A stretch of DNA of 64,000 bases. It comes from the human T2T-CHM13v2.0 reference genome, Homo sapiens. The DNA is taken from assembly GCF_009914755.1 (NCBI RefSeq), contig NC_060937.1. The stretch is one strand, 5' to 3'. Under the pieces are notes generated by a model. It saw nothing but the letters and a program-made list of their open reading frames with translations, was not told where the DNA came from and did no database searches. Shown here piece after piece: positions 13,546 to 28,078 of the stretch; positions within the stretch are counted from its first letter, which is position 1, and every line of letters begins with the position of its first letter. The position numbers and the translations under genes were made by a program.

Positions 13546-13788
13546 AATGGCTCTAAAAATTCCTGGTTAACTTATTTAGCACCAATATAATAATTTCTTT
13601 TTTTGTTGTGTAGGAGGAGGGTGATCATTAACTGACTGTCAACGTGTGTTAGGGGCTTCTTAGGAACGGCTCTAAAAATTCCTGGTTAACTTATTTAGCA
13701 CCAATATAATAATTTCTTTTTTGTAGTCTAGGAGGAGGGTGATCATTAACTGACTGTAAACGTGTGTGTTAGGGGCTTCTTAGGAATG
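13546..13788. repeat. Tandem duplication, ~119-bp unit x2
   Basis: Units start ggctctaaaaattcc at 13549 and 13668; few substitutions/indels. Confidence 0.95.
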
Positions 13789-14580
13789 TTCGTCTTTCTG
13801 CTTTCTACTGATATACCCTATAAGGAGCATGTTTTAAATTTTTTTTTTTTTTGAGACTGGTAAATTTTAGTAATGTCCAGACTTCCAGGCTGGTATTTTG
13901 AGGGGCTGGGAATAAAAAGAATATCAAGCAGCTTATAATCAATATTCTCTTCTCTTTGCATTAGGAAGCTGGAGTTTTGTGTGCAGGTTACGGGATTTGT
14001 TTTGAGATGAACGAACACCTTAATTCTCTACCAGGAAAACAATATTAACACATCTGTGGCAACTGCTGACATAAACATACAAACAGGAAGAGAATGCGAT
14101 TCTAGTGCTTAGCCTGGTGGCCTTTAGAACAGAATTCTTGCTTTCCTCCTCTTCACTAAGGATATTCGAAATACTCTGGGCAGGGTGGACATTAGTCCCT
14201 CGCCTCCTCCCTAATGAAATAAACAAGTGTCCACATTTTAAATGTGACGGAGTGTGAGGAAACTGCAGAAAAGCTCCTAAGATACACACTGAGTAACAGT
14301 TCTCATCTGTTCTGTAGACACACGTCAGTTTGGGAATTTATGATTCACTGTCCCACCGTGAAGTTTTTTGTGCACTTTATGTTGAGCTATGTGGCAGCTA
14401 AGGACTGTCCTGTTTGCTGAAAACTGCAGCCTAAAGTTATTTTTCAAAGTTACGGGTAGTGTGGCATAGAAATCCATATGTTATAAAGTGGAAACAAACA
14501 AACAAAAAAAACTGGGTTAGCATGAAATAGAGCCAACAGAAATCAGAATGAGCAACAGCCTTCCACTGCCGGCCACTCAC

Positions 14581-14749
14581 CTTGTTGAATTTTAGTCACT
14601 AGCTGATGGCGTGCTAGAATCCGGCTCATCCTGTAAGGAGAGCGTCTTGTAGTCTGATCAAATCGCAAGTACATCTCCTGGCCCTCAGGTGTCATGGAAT
14701 TTAGGTAGTAGCAGCCTGAGGCTGGGGTCCTGGGCACCTGACTGAACAT
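14581..14749 (-). CDS. STARD13: First coding exon of STARD13/DLC2 alpha isoform (SAM-RhoGAP-START protein), 56 codons + 1 nt
   Basis: Translation MFSQVPRTPASGCYYLNSMTPEGQEMYLRFDQTTRRSPYRMSRILARHQLVTKIQQ matches the recalled human STARD13 N-terminus, which continues EIEAKEACDWL. ATG at 14749-14747 in context GCCGAGATG. Donor CAAG|GTGAGT (GT at 14580-14579), phase 1. Confidence 0.96.
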
Positions 14750-15080
14750 CTCGGCAGATTTCCTATTGCCACCTCAGTCTGCCTGTGGCTGTTGCCGTCT
14801 GTCTCCAGTCTCAGTCAAAGAGCAAGGCACCCAGCCCAGGACAGCTCAACAGACCCAGCGATTTTTAAAAAGAAAGAGGAGTGCCAAAGCCACAACTCAG
14901 AATTCCAACCCCCGGGGCCCTCACGTGACCTCGGGAACCAATGAGAGGAAGAGAGGAAAATGGGAACGTTTGCAGTCAGCCCTAAGCCCCGACCAGAGGC
15001 AGTTCCAGCCGCCAGGGTCCCTCACACAACGCTGAAAGCAAAATACACGTATTTGACGTGCCTCAGAGCTGACGAAGCAC
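14750..15080 (-). promoter_or_regulatory. STARD13: 5'UTR and proximal promoter of STARD13 alpha exon 1
   Basis: Locally raised GC/CpG. TATA-like TTTTAAAAA at ~14862-14870, TCACGTGA E-box 14921-14928, CCAAT 14938-14942, TGACGTG 15054-15060. Exact TSS cannot be read from sequence. Confidence 0.7.
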
Positions 15081-15954
15081 CCAAAAGCAGCCCTCACTAA
15101 AGGAGTCGAAAGAAAAAGAGAGAGGGAAGGGCAAAACAAGTAGAAGACAAACAAGTCCAGGGCTCAGGAAACTTTTCAGCCTGTCAAAGTTAGAGAAAGC
15201 TCCTTCGCTTTCTACAGGGCAGCAGCAGCCAGGTAAAAGATGGACCTGATAAATCTCTTAAATTTAAAAAACACAACACAACAAAAAAAAACTACTTCAA
15301 ACAAGCATCAACAGCTGAGCGTAAGCCACCACCTTCATTATCAAGAAACAACTCAAATAAAAACTTTTCCAGTGAAAAATAAACTTCAAGGGCTTTAACA
15401 CCAGGAGTGAATACACCACAGATCCTGACCCTCACGTGATGGGAATTGGAGGGCTCTTACAGATAAGACTCAGAGAGGCAAAGTACACACGCGTTACGTA
15501 TTAAGCATCCTTTCCTCTTTGATTTCTCTACTTCCCCAATTTTTAATCACCTAGAGGTAAAATACTTAGAAGGTGCCTATCACATTTAAGACACTGAATC
15601 ATTTAAGACAAGAATCACTGCAGAAGTTGCAAAGGTACTTCAAAGATACTGTCATCAACCTGCTAAGGACCCATTGAGAAGTTATACAAAAGCTTCTAAC
15701 ATGAGGCCATATATATGTCTCAAAAAGGACGCAAACACAATGCTAGGTGAGCAATATTATTTTTGACTGGGGTGATGATTGCAAGCCAGATAGAGAAAGA
15801 GACATTTGGATAGGCTTTTTAAAATGGGGGGAATTCTGATAGGCAGAGGCTGGGGAGGGCTTTGCAAGAGACTGTAGGTACCCATGTGTGCAGATCCAGA
15901 ACCAGAGTATATGGTTTAAGCAAACTGCTAGTAATTCAGTTTGGCCATATCTGA

Positions 15955-16038
15955 GTGTGTGTGTATATATATACGTGTATATATATATGTGTGTATATAT
16001 ATGTGTATATATGTGTGTATATATATACATACACACAC
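15955..16038. repeat. Mixed (TG/TA/CA) alternating purine-pyrimidine tract, 84 bp
   Basis: Uninterrupted RY alternation read directly. Confidence 0.9.
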
Positions 16039-17367
16039 TGAGTGACATATATGTATATGTCATTATAATTTTCCCTGTTTTTCTTCTTTAACATTGTTTG
16101 ATGTGAAGAGAAAAAGTCCACAGAAAACATGTTATCAAATTCTGAGCCTGGGGCTGAATGAATAAAGTTCTTTGATACAAAAAGTATATGACCAAGTTGC
16201 TTCTACATTTGGCTGACGGAAACATAGCCTGGCTGGGAATTTATAGTCTAATAATGAGAAATTATTTCTACATTATTTCCAAATTAAAAGTTTAACAGGA
16301 TTTAAATTAGGACTTTGATTCTTCTTACTCTGGCTCTCCGAGGCCCATAAGCCTTAACAACTTTCCCTGAGGGAATTGTTGCTAGCCTGATTCTGAGAAG
16401 CAGCTCGTCTTGTATAACTGTCCCGCTATGAGAATAAACAAGTTAAGCACGATCTCTGCAGCCCAGCATGTGACAATTGCCTACTACCTCACGTAGTTGG
16501 TAATTGTCAGCCTCTTCGGGTGGTTACACAAGAGTCATCATGTCTTTGTTTTCAGGTTGGCTTCATGGCAGGAAGGGAAAGAAAGATCTATGGGGCCATA
16601 CTGTGCACTTTCCATTCTTATTTAGGATTTGAGCAGCAGTTTTTCTGTTCCATAGCATCGTCTGTGGAAGGTGAAAGGGATCTGAGACCTAAGGAACTGC
16701 TCGGCAGAAGCTCGAATGGAGAAAGGTCGAGCACCATATTGCAAAGTTGGCTGCCTGGAAGGTTCATGAGCCCAGCTCAGTCCGCACCGGTGGCCGTCCA
16801 ATTAAGGTGCTTGCATCAGCTGCTTTGTGCACGTGCTTTCGGCTTGATGGTCCAACACTGGGAGCATCTGTGTCATAACTTTTTGTTCAAGGCAGACACT
16901 TGGTGGTTATCACTTTTTTACTGGAAGAGAATGGAAGGAGGGTGGAGAGAGAAAGAAGAGGGGAGCATGGGACTTGAGAACATTGAACATGTTCTGGGAA
17001 ACCAAGTAAAGGTGAGGAAAAGGTAAAAAGGTAAAGGTGAGGAAAAAATACGTAGCTTTTTATAGCTTTGGAGAGCACTTAAAGATAGACCGGCCATTTC
17101 CAATGCCAACCTTGCAGTTCATTGCTGACTTGGCTGCATTCTATTATGAAAACAAGTGGAATGATTCTTCCTGAGAAGGATTGCAGTGTGTCAAGGCGAG
17201 GTTACTAGATAAAACAATAACAACGACAATAAAACTTACATTGTCTCCTTTTTGCATAGTCATGAATGTGTTGAAAGTGCTGGGGTGTCTGGTTCTGAAA
17301 ACATTAAGATCATAAGTTTGTATTTATGACTACATATAATATTTCATTAAAATAATCTTAGCAATAA

Positions 17368-17685
<318 letters not shown>

Positions 17686-20600
17686 CTACATTTTTTTTTT
17701 TAAAAAAAGGGAATTTTTATTCCCTAATTAAAAAAAAAAAGCCAACTTAGAATGAAGCCTCATTTTTTCAAAAAATCAGCCAGCATTTTAATAAGGGGCT
17801 CTAGGAAGGATCACATATCAACATTTGGTTTTCTGTATGCATATACAGGGCCGCTAAAGTTTTATTTCATAGTTCAAGTAGTATCTATAAATTCATGTAC
17901 CTGCTCACCATGTTTTTGTCATTTTGTATTTCCAAGGTACTATATTTAAAGCAAATATGTAACATTATTTTCTCATTAGCATGTCATTAGTACCTTGTTT
18001 TATGCTAAAGTATTGCCATTGCTATGAAACTTGTATTTTTTAAATAAATTCTTTTTTGTGATCATATAGTCCCCGTGTTAGAAGAATTACCACTGGGGTA
18101 GACAGGTCTGTTGTATTAGAATCAAGAAGTGGCTAGTTCTCTCTCTGGCTTTTCCTTTACAGGCAACTGAGAGAGCTGGTCCTCTTCTCCAGTGAGTGCA
18201 TGAAGTCCTATGGAATCAAAGAGGGAGAGAGTGCCCAAATCACAAGCATCTTCCAGGACTGACACCATATCTCTTCCTCTCTAATTCCTTTAAAAATGAG
18301 GAAAACAGATGGCACTTGTGTTCAGTTTTCACCTACTTTTCTTCCCTCCTAATCTGCTCATCAATTGTGATCTTCAGTAAGACTATTTCAGGAGTGAGAT
18401 AAACAGATGGTTACTGAGAACCAAAGACAGCAAAAGAGAAGGGAAAGGAAAGAGGAGAGAAGGGAACAGCATTGAGCACCTACTATGTGCCAGGTCTGAA
18501 GCCTTCATGGCTTCACATTTTAGGTTTTTTAACATTAATCTCCACAGCTATCACTGGAGGTATCTGATTGGATGGAAAGGAGGCTAAGATTCACAGAAGT
18601 CACAAAGCAAGCAAGTGCAGAGCCTTTGTGCATCTCCAAGCTGATGCTATTTTCACTCTTTTCACTATTACACAGGAGAGACAGGGAAGGAAAAACACGG
18701 CACCGAAAAGGCACTCCGGAAATTGGAAAGGGGAGAGCATTTTGGAAGAAGAGCCTGAAAATCATCCTAATCCTATTTAACTGCCTGCGATACTGGAATG
18801 CCTACATGGAAATATGGGTATGGGGCGGCTAAAATCCCGTGGTGATTGAGAGTTGGTGTCTTCAAGTAAGAAGTACAGATCCCAGAGCCCTTAGTCAATC
18901 AATAGAAGCCACAAGCCCTCTTAGGAGTAACCCATAGGTGAGGACTAGAGACTCTCCCCACCCCCCCAACCCTCAAATGAATAAGCAGCTCAGCTTGACC
19001 CTCTTTGCCAATCCTTTCCAGGGTAGTTTATTCTCTGCATTCTGTCCGTCCTCAAGGCTAATGCTGCGTATGCCTTGAGTTTCTCATAGCATTCACTGTC
19101 AATGCAAACACTCCAAATACAGTCAAAACTCTGAAATTTGACCTCTAAGCAAAACTTTTGGTATTTGGAATTTTCAAGTATTTTGATAGATGATCCCAGA
19201 TTAGCGCTCAATGGAATCTTGTATACACAGGGCAGAACGCTAAGGAGTGCTTTTACAGAAGCCAGGAATGGCTCACTGTCTGCTGCCCTTTCTACTCCTT
19301 CACACACATTCCAGCCTCCTCATCAGTCTGTTCAGAGGGAGCCAAGGTAGTTCTGCCAACTGGGAAAATGTTTGAGATACAAGTGGCAGGCAGAAAAATG
19401 CAGAGCTGATTTGGAAGGCTGCTTTCGAAATTACATGAACCCAAAGATTGTGGGTTGATGTCAAAGCCTTCCTGTGGGCTCTGAAGGCCAGCATTTGAGG
19501 ATTTTCACCGATTGATTTGTGATGTGTGTGCCCAACTCTGTGCCAATTAACTTTCCCAATCTGCATGCACCCCATGTCCCATGCCCAGTGCAGACAAGCT
19601 GGTGACACTAACACTGGCAGCTTTGACCAGGACTCCATGAAAGAGCTTGGTCCAGATCAGCTTTCCTAGCTCCAGACCACAGCTCTCATCTGGAGTCCAG
19701 ATCCTGCCGCAAACACTTGTAAGTGGTAATAGATTTCCTTTACTTTGTCTCTCAGCCCTCCCTACTGTCTGGTGCATTCCCATCTATGGGCCTCCAGGAG
19801 CATGTGCTCTCCCGTATGCCATTCCCTGGGGATGCAACCATCAGCTCCAGCCCATATGACAGTAACCTGGTCTGTCCTGTCCTGGGACCATTACTACACC
19901 CACGCACTCCAGCCAAACCAGAATTCTTTCATTTTCTCAGTTGTTTCACAGATCTAGAATTGTGTGATTCCCTTCTCTTCCACCCATGAGACTCAGTTAA
20001 AACCTATTGCCTCCAGAAACACTTTCATGACTAATACAAAGCTCTTTGGTCTTACCAGTCATATTAATACCTGTAAACCACTGTTATGTGGCACATTAAT
20101 TAGATTGGCTTGTTACATGTTCATATGGAATCTGTTTGTTACTGCAACTACTACAGGCATAAAGTTTTGACATCTTGAATTTAGAAGGAATATTAAACAT
20201 TTTCTAATCCAACCACTCAACTACTGCAGTAGTTAATTCTCTACCTGCATATACAGAGTGTATTATCCCACAGAGGACCCCAAGCTATTGAAGAATGTTC
20301 TTCTTTTTAATTTCCATCCACTAGCTCTGATTCTGCCATTTTGAATCAGGCAGGACAAATCTATGCTTTCTTCCACAAGCTGTCCTTCAGATGTTTGTCA
20401 AAAGCCCTTGTAAGAATGTTTTTGTGTAGTCTCACGTTTTTTTCCATCGAACCACATGACTTTAGCCATTCATCCAGCTGACTGCTCTCTTTTGGATCTG
20501 CTCCAGTCTGTCAGTATCCCTTTAAAAATATGTGGGTATCTACTCTAAGCTTAGAGCTCTAGACTTGGCCAAGCACAGTAGTACATGGTACACTGTGTGC

Positions 20601-21452
20601 ATATTTCCTGCATTCAGGGCATTGTACTTTTGCTGATGCAGTCTGAGATTATGGGAGGCTTTATTTTTTATAATCTATATTCACTCATTCATAAATTTAA
20701 CATGGGATGCCTGAAAAACAGGGCAGTAAGTATAGTAGATACAAAGGTGAGTATGATGTGGCCCCTGTTCTCAAGGGACTGTCTGCCAGGGAAGACAGAA
20801 AAGAAATTTACCACTATACCCCACGTTAAGTGAAGTGTGGGAGGCTAGAGGCTATCTGTTGTCTCGTGCTATTTGTTATATATGATCTAAATGTTTTAGA
20901 TCATATATAAGCACATATATTAGATCATATATATCTAAGTGCATAAATAGCTGGATGCTATCTTTGTTATTTTCATAAAATCTGCTGTTATGTGACTGTT
21001 CTCTATTCTTTACTTACCAAAAGATCTTTTGAACTTAAGAAGAGATCTTTAATCTTATTGCAGTAGTTGAGTTTTGTTCAATTCCTGACTTTCTCCTCCA
21101 GCTATTTATTTCTGCCTTGTTATTTCTAGTAGCTAACAACCCCTACCCCAATATTATAAAAGTAAAAAATAAACAACTAACTGAATTTGGGGGAAAGGTA
21201 AAGTAAGGGCAGGAAAATAATAAAGCTAGGGGTAAAATCCATTCACAGATATGCAAGCCATGAAGTCCTGCACATTTGCTGGAAGTGGGTGAGAATGTGG
21301 CTTAAGATGCCTCTCTGACAAAGCAAAAACCCAGTTACAAAATTCAACATATCCGTAAGATGAAAAACAAAACAGTGGTCAAGATAAATACAGATCACCA
21401 GGTATGCTGACCCCAGGGAAGATTTTCCCAGGCCCTCATAAAGAATCAGCAG

Positions 21453-21723
21453 GCCTGTAATCCCAACACTTTGGGTGCATCACTTGAGCTCAGGAGTTTG
21501 AAACCAGCCTGGGCAACATGGCAAAAACCCATCTCTACAAAAAAAAAAAAAAATTACAAAACTTAGCCAGGCATGGTTGTGAGGGCCTGTAGTCCCATCT
21601 AATTGGAAGGCTGAGGTAGGAGCATGACTTGAGCCTGGGAGGTCAAGGCTCCAGTAAGCCATGAGTGTGCCACTGCATTCTAGCCTGGGCAACAGAGCAA
21701 GACCCCATTTCAAAAAAAAAAAA
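21453..21723 (+). mobile_element. Alu, 5'-truncated with short left-arm deletion (J-like)
   Basis: gcctgtaatcccaacactttggg joins directly to atcacttgag; A-tail. Confidence 0.88.
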
Positions 21724-21751
21724 ATCACCACCCTCAAAAATATTGGATATG

Positions 21752-21870
21752 GTAGCAAAATTTAGTTCACAGTTTCTTAACTGTATCCTTCACAAATTAT
21801 TTAGGGAAAGTAGCAAAATTTAGTTCACAGTTTCTTAACTGTATCCTTCACAAATTATTTAGGGAAAGTA
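21752..21870. repeat. Perfect 58-bp tandem duplication
   Basis: Units at 21752 and 21810, GTA microhomology. Confidence 0.97.
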
Positions 21871-21949
21871 ATTTCTGTGAGGGTCTTCGAAAACCGTGGT
21901 TCAAGTACACTATTGTCTGTGATCTTTTAAACCATGTCTCAGACCATGT

Positions 21950-22480
21950 CAGCACTTTCCAGCTTAAAATATTCTAGAGTTTTCCATTGCACCGAGAATG
22001 AAAGTGAAACTCCTTACTTGAACCACCAGGTCCTGCACAATCTAGTCCCTGCCAACCCCTCCCCTATCAACTCCAGCTCCCCGTTAGCCTCCTCCACGTT
22101 GCTGCCTCAGTTGCCTTTCTGCACGTGCTACTCCTCAGCTGCAGTGTTGCATGGAGCCTTCCTATGGCTGGCTCTTTCTCAGCCTCCAAGTATCAGCTTA
22201 ACTGATGCATCCTCAGGCAAGCCATCCCTGCTGACTTCCTCTAAGTGAAGGCAGTATCCCCTTATTGGTTCCTATAGCCCCTCTCCCAATTTATAATTAC
22301 ATATGTATTCGCTCATGGACCTGTGTGTTGCTAATTTTTCCCAGTAGACTGCTTTGGGTGGTCTGTGTCTATTTCATTCACATTCTATACTTGATGCCTA
22401 TTGTAAGTCCTGGCACAGAGTGGGAGGACATCAGTAGCGATTGGTTGAACAAATTGATTGAATAAATAATTGAATAAATG
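21950..22480 (+). mobile_element. L2 LINE 3' end
   Basis: Pyrimidine-rich L2 tail ending cctggcacagag...ttgaataaat. Confidence 0.65.
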
Positions 22481-22653
22481 ATTATATGAATTTCCCCAAA
22501 GATAAAATTTAGGATGTCTAGAGGAATAGATGCATATTTTTTTAGGCAATCATTATAGGTATTATTCTTGTTGCTGATGATACAACTTGGATTGAACAAG
22601 GATTGGACAGCAGATAATTCTAGGTTTTATTCTCTGGGAAGAGCCTTAAATAC

Positions 22654-23101
22654 TGTGATGGTTAATACTGAGTGTCAACTTGACTGGATTTAAGGATACA
22701 AAATATTGATCCTGGGTGTGTCTGCAAGGATGTTGCCAAAGGAGATTAACGTTTGATTTAGTGGGCTGGGAAGGCAGACCCACCCTTAATCTGGGTGTGC
22801 ACCATCTAATCAGCTGCCAGCACAGCTAGAATATAAAGCAGGCAGAAAAACGTGAAAGGAAAAGGCGAGACTGGCCTAGCCTCCCAGCCTACATCTTTCT
22901 CCTGTGCTGGATGTTTCCTGCCCTCAAACATTGGACTCTAAGTTCTTCAGTTTTGGGCTTCAGACTGGCTCTCCTTGCTCCTCAGCTTGCAGACAGCCAA
23001 TTGTGGGATGCTGTGATTGAGTGGGTCAATACTTAATAAATTTCCCTTTATATCTATCTATCCTATTAATTCTTTCCCTCTAGAGAACCCTGACTAATGC
23101 A
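22654..23101 (+). mobile_element. MLT2A-type (HERV-L) solo LTR
   Basis: Starts tgtgatggttaatactgagtgtcaacttga, ends ctctagagaaccctgactaatgca; TSD aatac/aagac. Confidence 0.93.
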
Positions 23102-25027
23102 AAGACATGTATTTCACTTTGTTGGCTAGTGACAAAAGTATATGCTTTGACCATCAAACAGGACAGTTTAAGGTCCCTTGTGAAAATTAGGGAGCCTGGA
23201 GGGATGAGCAAACCTCTTGCTCCACAAAGAGGGGATAAAGGGCATAAGAAAATTTTAGTAATATCTACCTTATCTTTGTATCAGTTACAAATTGTATAGG
23301 CATGCTTGCCGTGCCTTTAACTAAACAGTACAGCGGCACTGAGCCAGCTACATTCAGCTGACCCTACAGATACCTCTTCTGAGGGACTTCAGTCCACTGG
23401 TCTGTATTTTGTGGGAACAGCTATCCAACCAGATGCAGTGCTCCAAGCTGCCTTCTTTTCTAGCTTATATTTTTTCCAAAGGGATATGATGGCAGAATCT
23501 TCTGAGTTGATCACCCACTAACTGTGTCTATGACCTTCCTCTGATGGGCCAGTCTTGCTACCTTACCAAAGTGGGAGACTGTGTTCATGTAGCTTCATTT
23601 GCTCTTCGTGGACTCAAACTGCATCTGGGTTATCAACCATCTCTGTTTCTTCATGCTCATACTTATCTCTTTAATAGTTCATTCAATAATTTTACTGGAG
23701 ATTTTAACAAATTTACTATCTGGTATTTTCTAGAACCTACTTATTTTTGTCCTCAATGAAAATAAAAGCAATTGCTTATTTTTATTTTCAATGAATTGCT
23801 TAGATTACTAGAGGGGAATTTTTAGTCTTTTAGGTAGAATTTGTCTGCACTTAGAGGATTACCTTCATTTACTTCAGGTAGGATTCTATAACCTCCTCCC
23901 ATCTTGAACAACAGTGAATATATTTTCTTAATGTTGACTCAAATTATAATTTGAATATGAAATGAACACTTGCTCATTGAAGAAATCCTATGATGAATCC
24001 TTTGGAAAATCTTCTGATCATCTGTTTTGTAAATATTTGGGATTACCCAGTGAGAGGCACACCATTATTACGATTGTCTGCTGACCTGTTGCCCTGGATT
24101 CTGTCTCCATTCTTATATACAATCCCTTTCTTCATGGTGTCAAGCAGCAGTTGGGAATTGAGTATGGCCCACGACTGTGGAGGAATAAAGGCGCGGGAGG
24201 AATAATGCAATTGCATTTCTTAGATATGCCTTGTTGGATAAATCCAGCCCAGTATACCAAAAAATATGAAAAATATGATAGAATGCTTTCCTTCCATATT
24301 CCTAATATAAGACCACCAATCTGTACTTGAAAGTGGTGCAGAGAAGAGTAGCAACATTTTAAAAATCCTGTAAAGAGAAGAGCACTACAAATTTGAGAGA
24401 GTAGCAAAATATCCCTCTAGAGGTCTAGATTTAGGTGTCATGTAGCTCTGAAGTGACTGGAAGACACATTTTAGGGTAATAGCAGGGCAGCAAGGGGAGG
24501 CTCCTCTTTTGAGTTAAGAGAAATAATTTAACCAAAAGTGATCCTGGTGTAATAAAAAGATTTTTTTCTGACGTCTCGTTTGTCATCAACAGAGACAAAG
24601 TCCCTAACTCACCTTACCATTTCCTTTACCCTTTTTTATTCAGATATTTCTAATGTATTCTTCATGCCAGGCACAGGGCTAGACTGTGACGGTACAGAGA
24701 AGAATAAGACACTGTCTCTCTTCTCAACAATAATTTATCATGACAAAAGAGGAGGACAGTTACAATTATAGGACTGCGTTGCTGGTGCTATGACAGAGGT
24801 GTGCAGAGGGTGCCCGGGGGGGGCAGAGGAGAGACGACTAAGTCAGAACAGAATAGAGGTATTCTGCATGGCAGAAAGGTGTTGCAGGTGCCTAGAGGGA
24901 TGCATACCTGGGCGAGAAGGCTAGGAAGACTATATGGGGGAAAAGATGCCCATGAAGAGAAAAAAACTGCATAAATACTTTCCTATGTGATACCCCTCCT
25001 TCAATTAATAAGACAGATTAGTATTCA

Positions 25028-25510
<483 letters not shown>

Positions 25511-25524
25511 AAATCATCATGATA

Positions 25525-26130
<606 letters not shown>

Positions 26131-27056
26131 TTATTTTTGTGCCTGTTTTGTACAGACTTTCTGGAGGAGTTCTTTCCCATTAGAGAATATGTGTGTATGC
26201 ATGAAGATACAGAGACTCCTGAGATTTTTTAACCATTTATCTTTACAGCGTGATGCTTATCACAGCACGCAGTGGCCTCTGGCCAGTCTCCCAGAGCACC
26301 ACCATAATCACACTGTGTCTTATAGTTCAGACCTGTTTAAACAGATCTGGTATAACACAGATAGCCAGCCATGGTTACCTTCTCCTTAGTGGCCCCGCCA
26401 AAATGACTCAACACTAATCAATCACGAGAGAATATTTACTGAGCACCAAAAATGTATTGCTGCACAGAAAGATAGAACTTGCTATCTTTTGTAACAAAAG
26501 CTACTCACAATCTTCAATGACCTTAAAACCCTCTCTTTCATTCCCTGACTTTGGGAATCTCAAGGGCTGTCCTTGGCCTTGGCTTGTTTATTAATATGGC
26601 TTGCCTTGGAAAATCCAGTCCCAGCACTCTGTTAATCAGCCAGTGCATTGCTGTATGTGAAAAAATGTAAGACCAAAATTGTGTGGTATAGACTATGATT
26701 ATAATGTTTTGAAAATTAAAAAAAAAAAAGCATGCTAAAGAAAAGTTTAGAAGAAACTGCACCAAAAAGATAATCATGACCATTTTTAGGATGGTGAAAT
26801 GATGGGTGATAATTCTTAAATCTCCATTTTTAAAATATTCTATTGTATGACTAGGGGATGAAGCCTAACCAATGATATATGATACGGGTATGGAGAAGGA
26901 ACCTCAGTCTTAGTTTATTTCCAGTTGCCTCTGTGTATTGCAGATATAAGACAGACAGACAAGAAAAATCTGCACAACAATGACAGATACGGTCTTACAT
27001 GGCTTGAACTTCCCAGTGTCTCATACAGTTATGCAAAACTCCAGTGTTCAAAATAA

Positions 27057-27657
<601 letters not shown>

Positions 27658-28078
27658 TAAGTCATTTAGCTTCTTAGGGGCTCTCTTTCCATATCTTAAA
27701 AAAAAAGGTTTATAAGTATATGTGCATATACATGTATATATGCACACATACACACACGCATCTCATATGAATGTATATAAACAGACCAAGTCTATATGAT
27801 TATCAATTCCTTTTCTATTATTTGAGTCAACTAGATCACAATCTAAGCCAAGCAAAAGCAAACTAGTTGAATGAAGGATTTTGTGTCCTTTCTTGCATGT
27901 AGCTTTTTGGAGAAAGATTGAATGGGCATGGCAAGAGCTGTCCACTGCACAGATCCAATCTCCAGACGTAGGAAACTCTCTTTATAGCTATCCCTGGTTT
28001 TAAAACCTGAGATAAATTCCATAGAATAGCCTTACAATATTTTCTGAAGAGCTGATATTTACTTCAGCTTTAAAAATA

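Noticed and set aside
14543-14580. ORF-track extension GEWPAVEGCCSF after exon 1
   Set aside because: Read-through into the intron past the donor
15743-16130. Overlapping Y/I/H/T-rich ORFs
   Set aside because: Microsatellite translation artefacts
16520-17026. 168-aa plus-strand ORF, the longest non-repeat ORF
   Set aside because: GTG start, no recognisable homology or domain; better explained as regulatory DNA
24607-24618. Strong minus-strand donors (AAG|GTGAGT, ATG|GTAAG)
   Set aside because: At the edge of an L2 relic with no upstream ORF or acceptor seen
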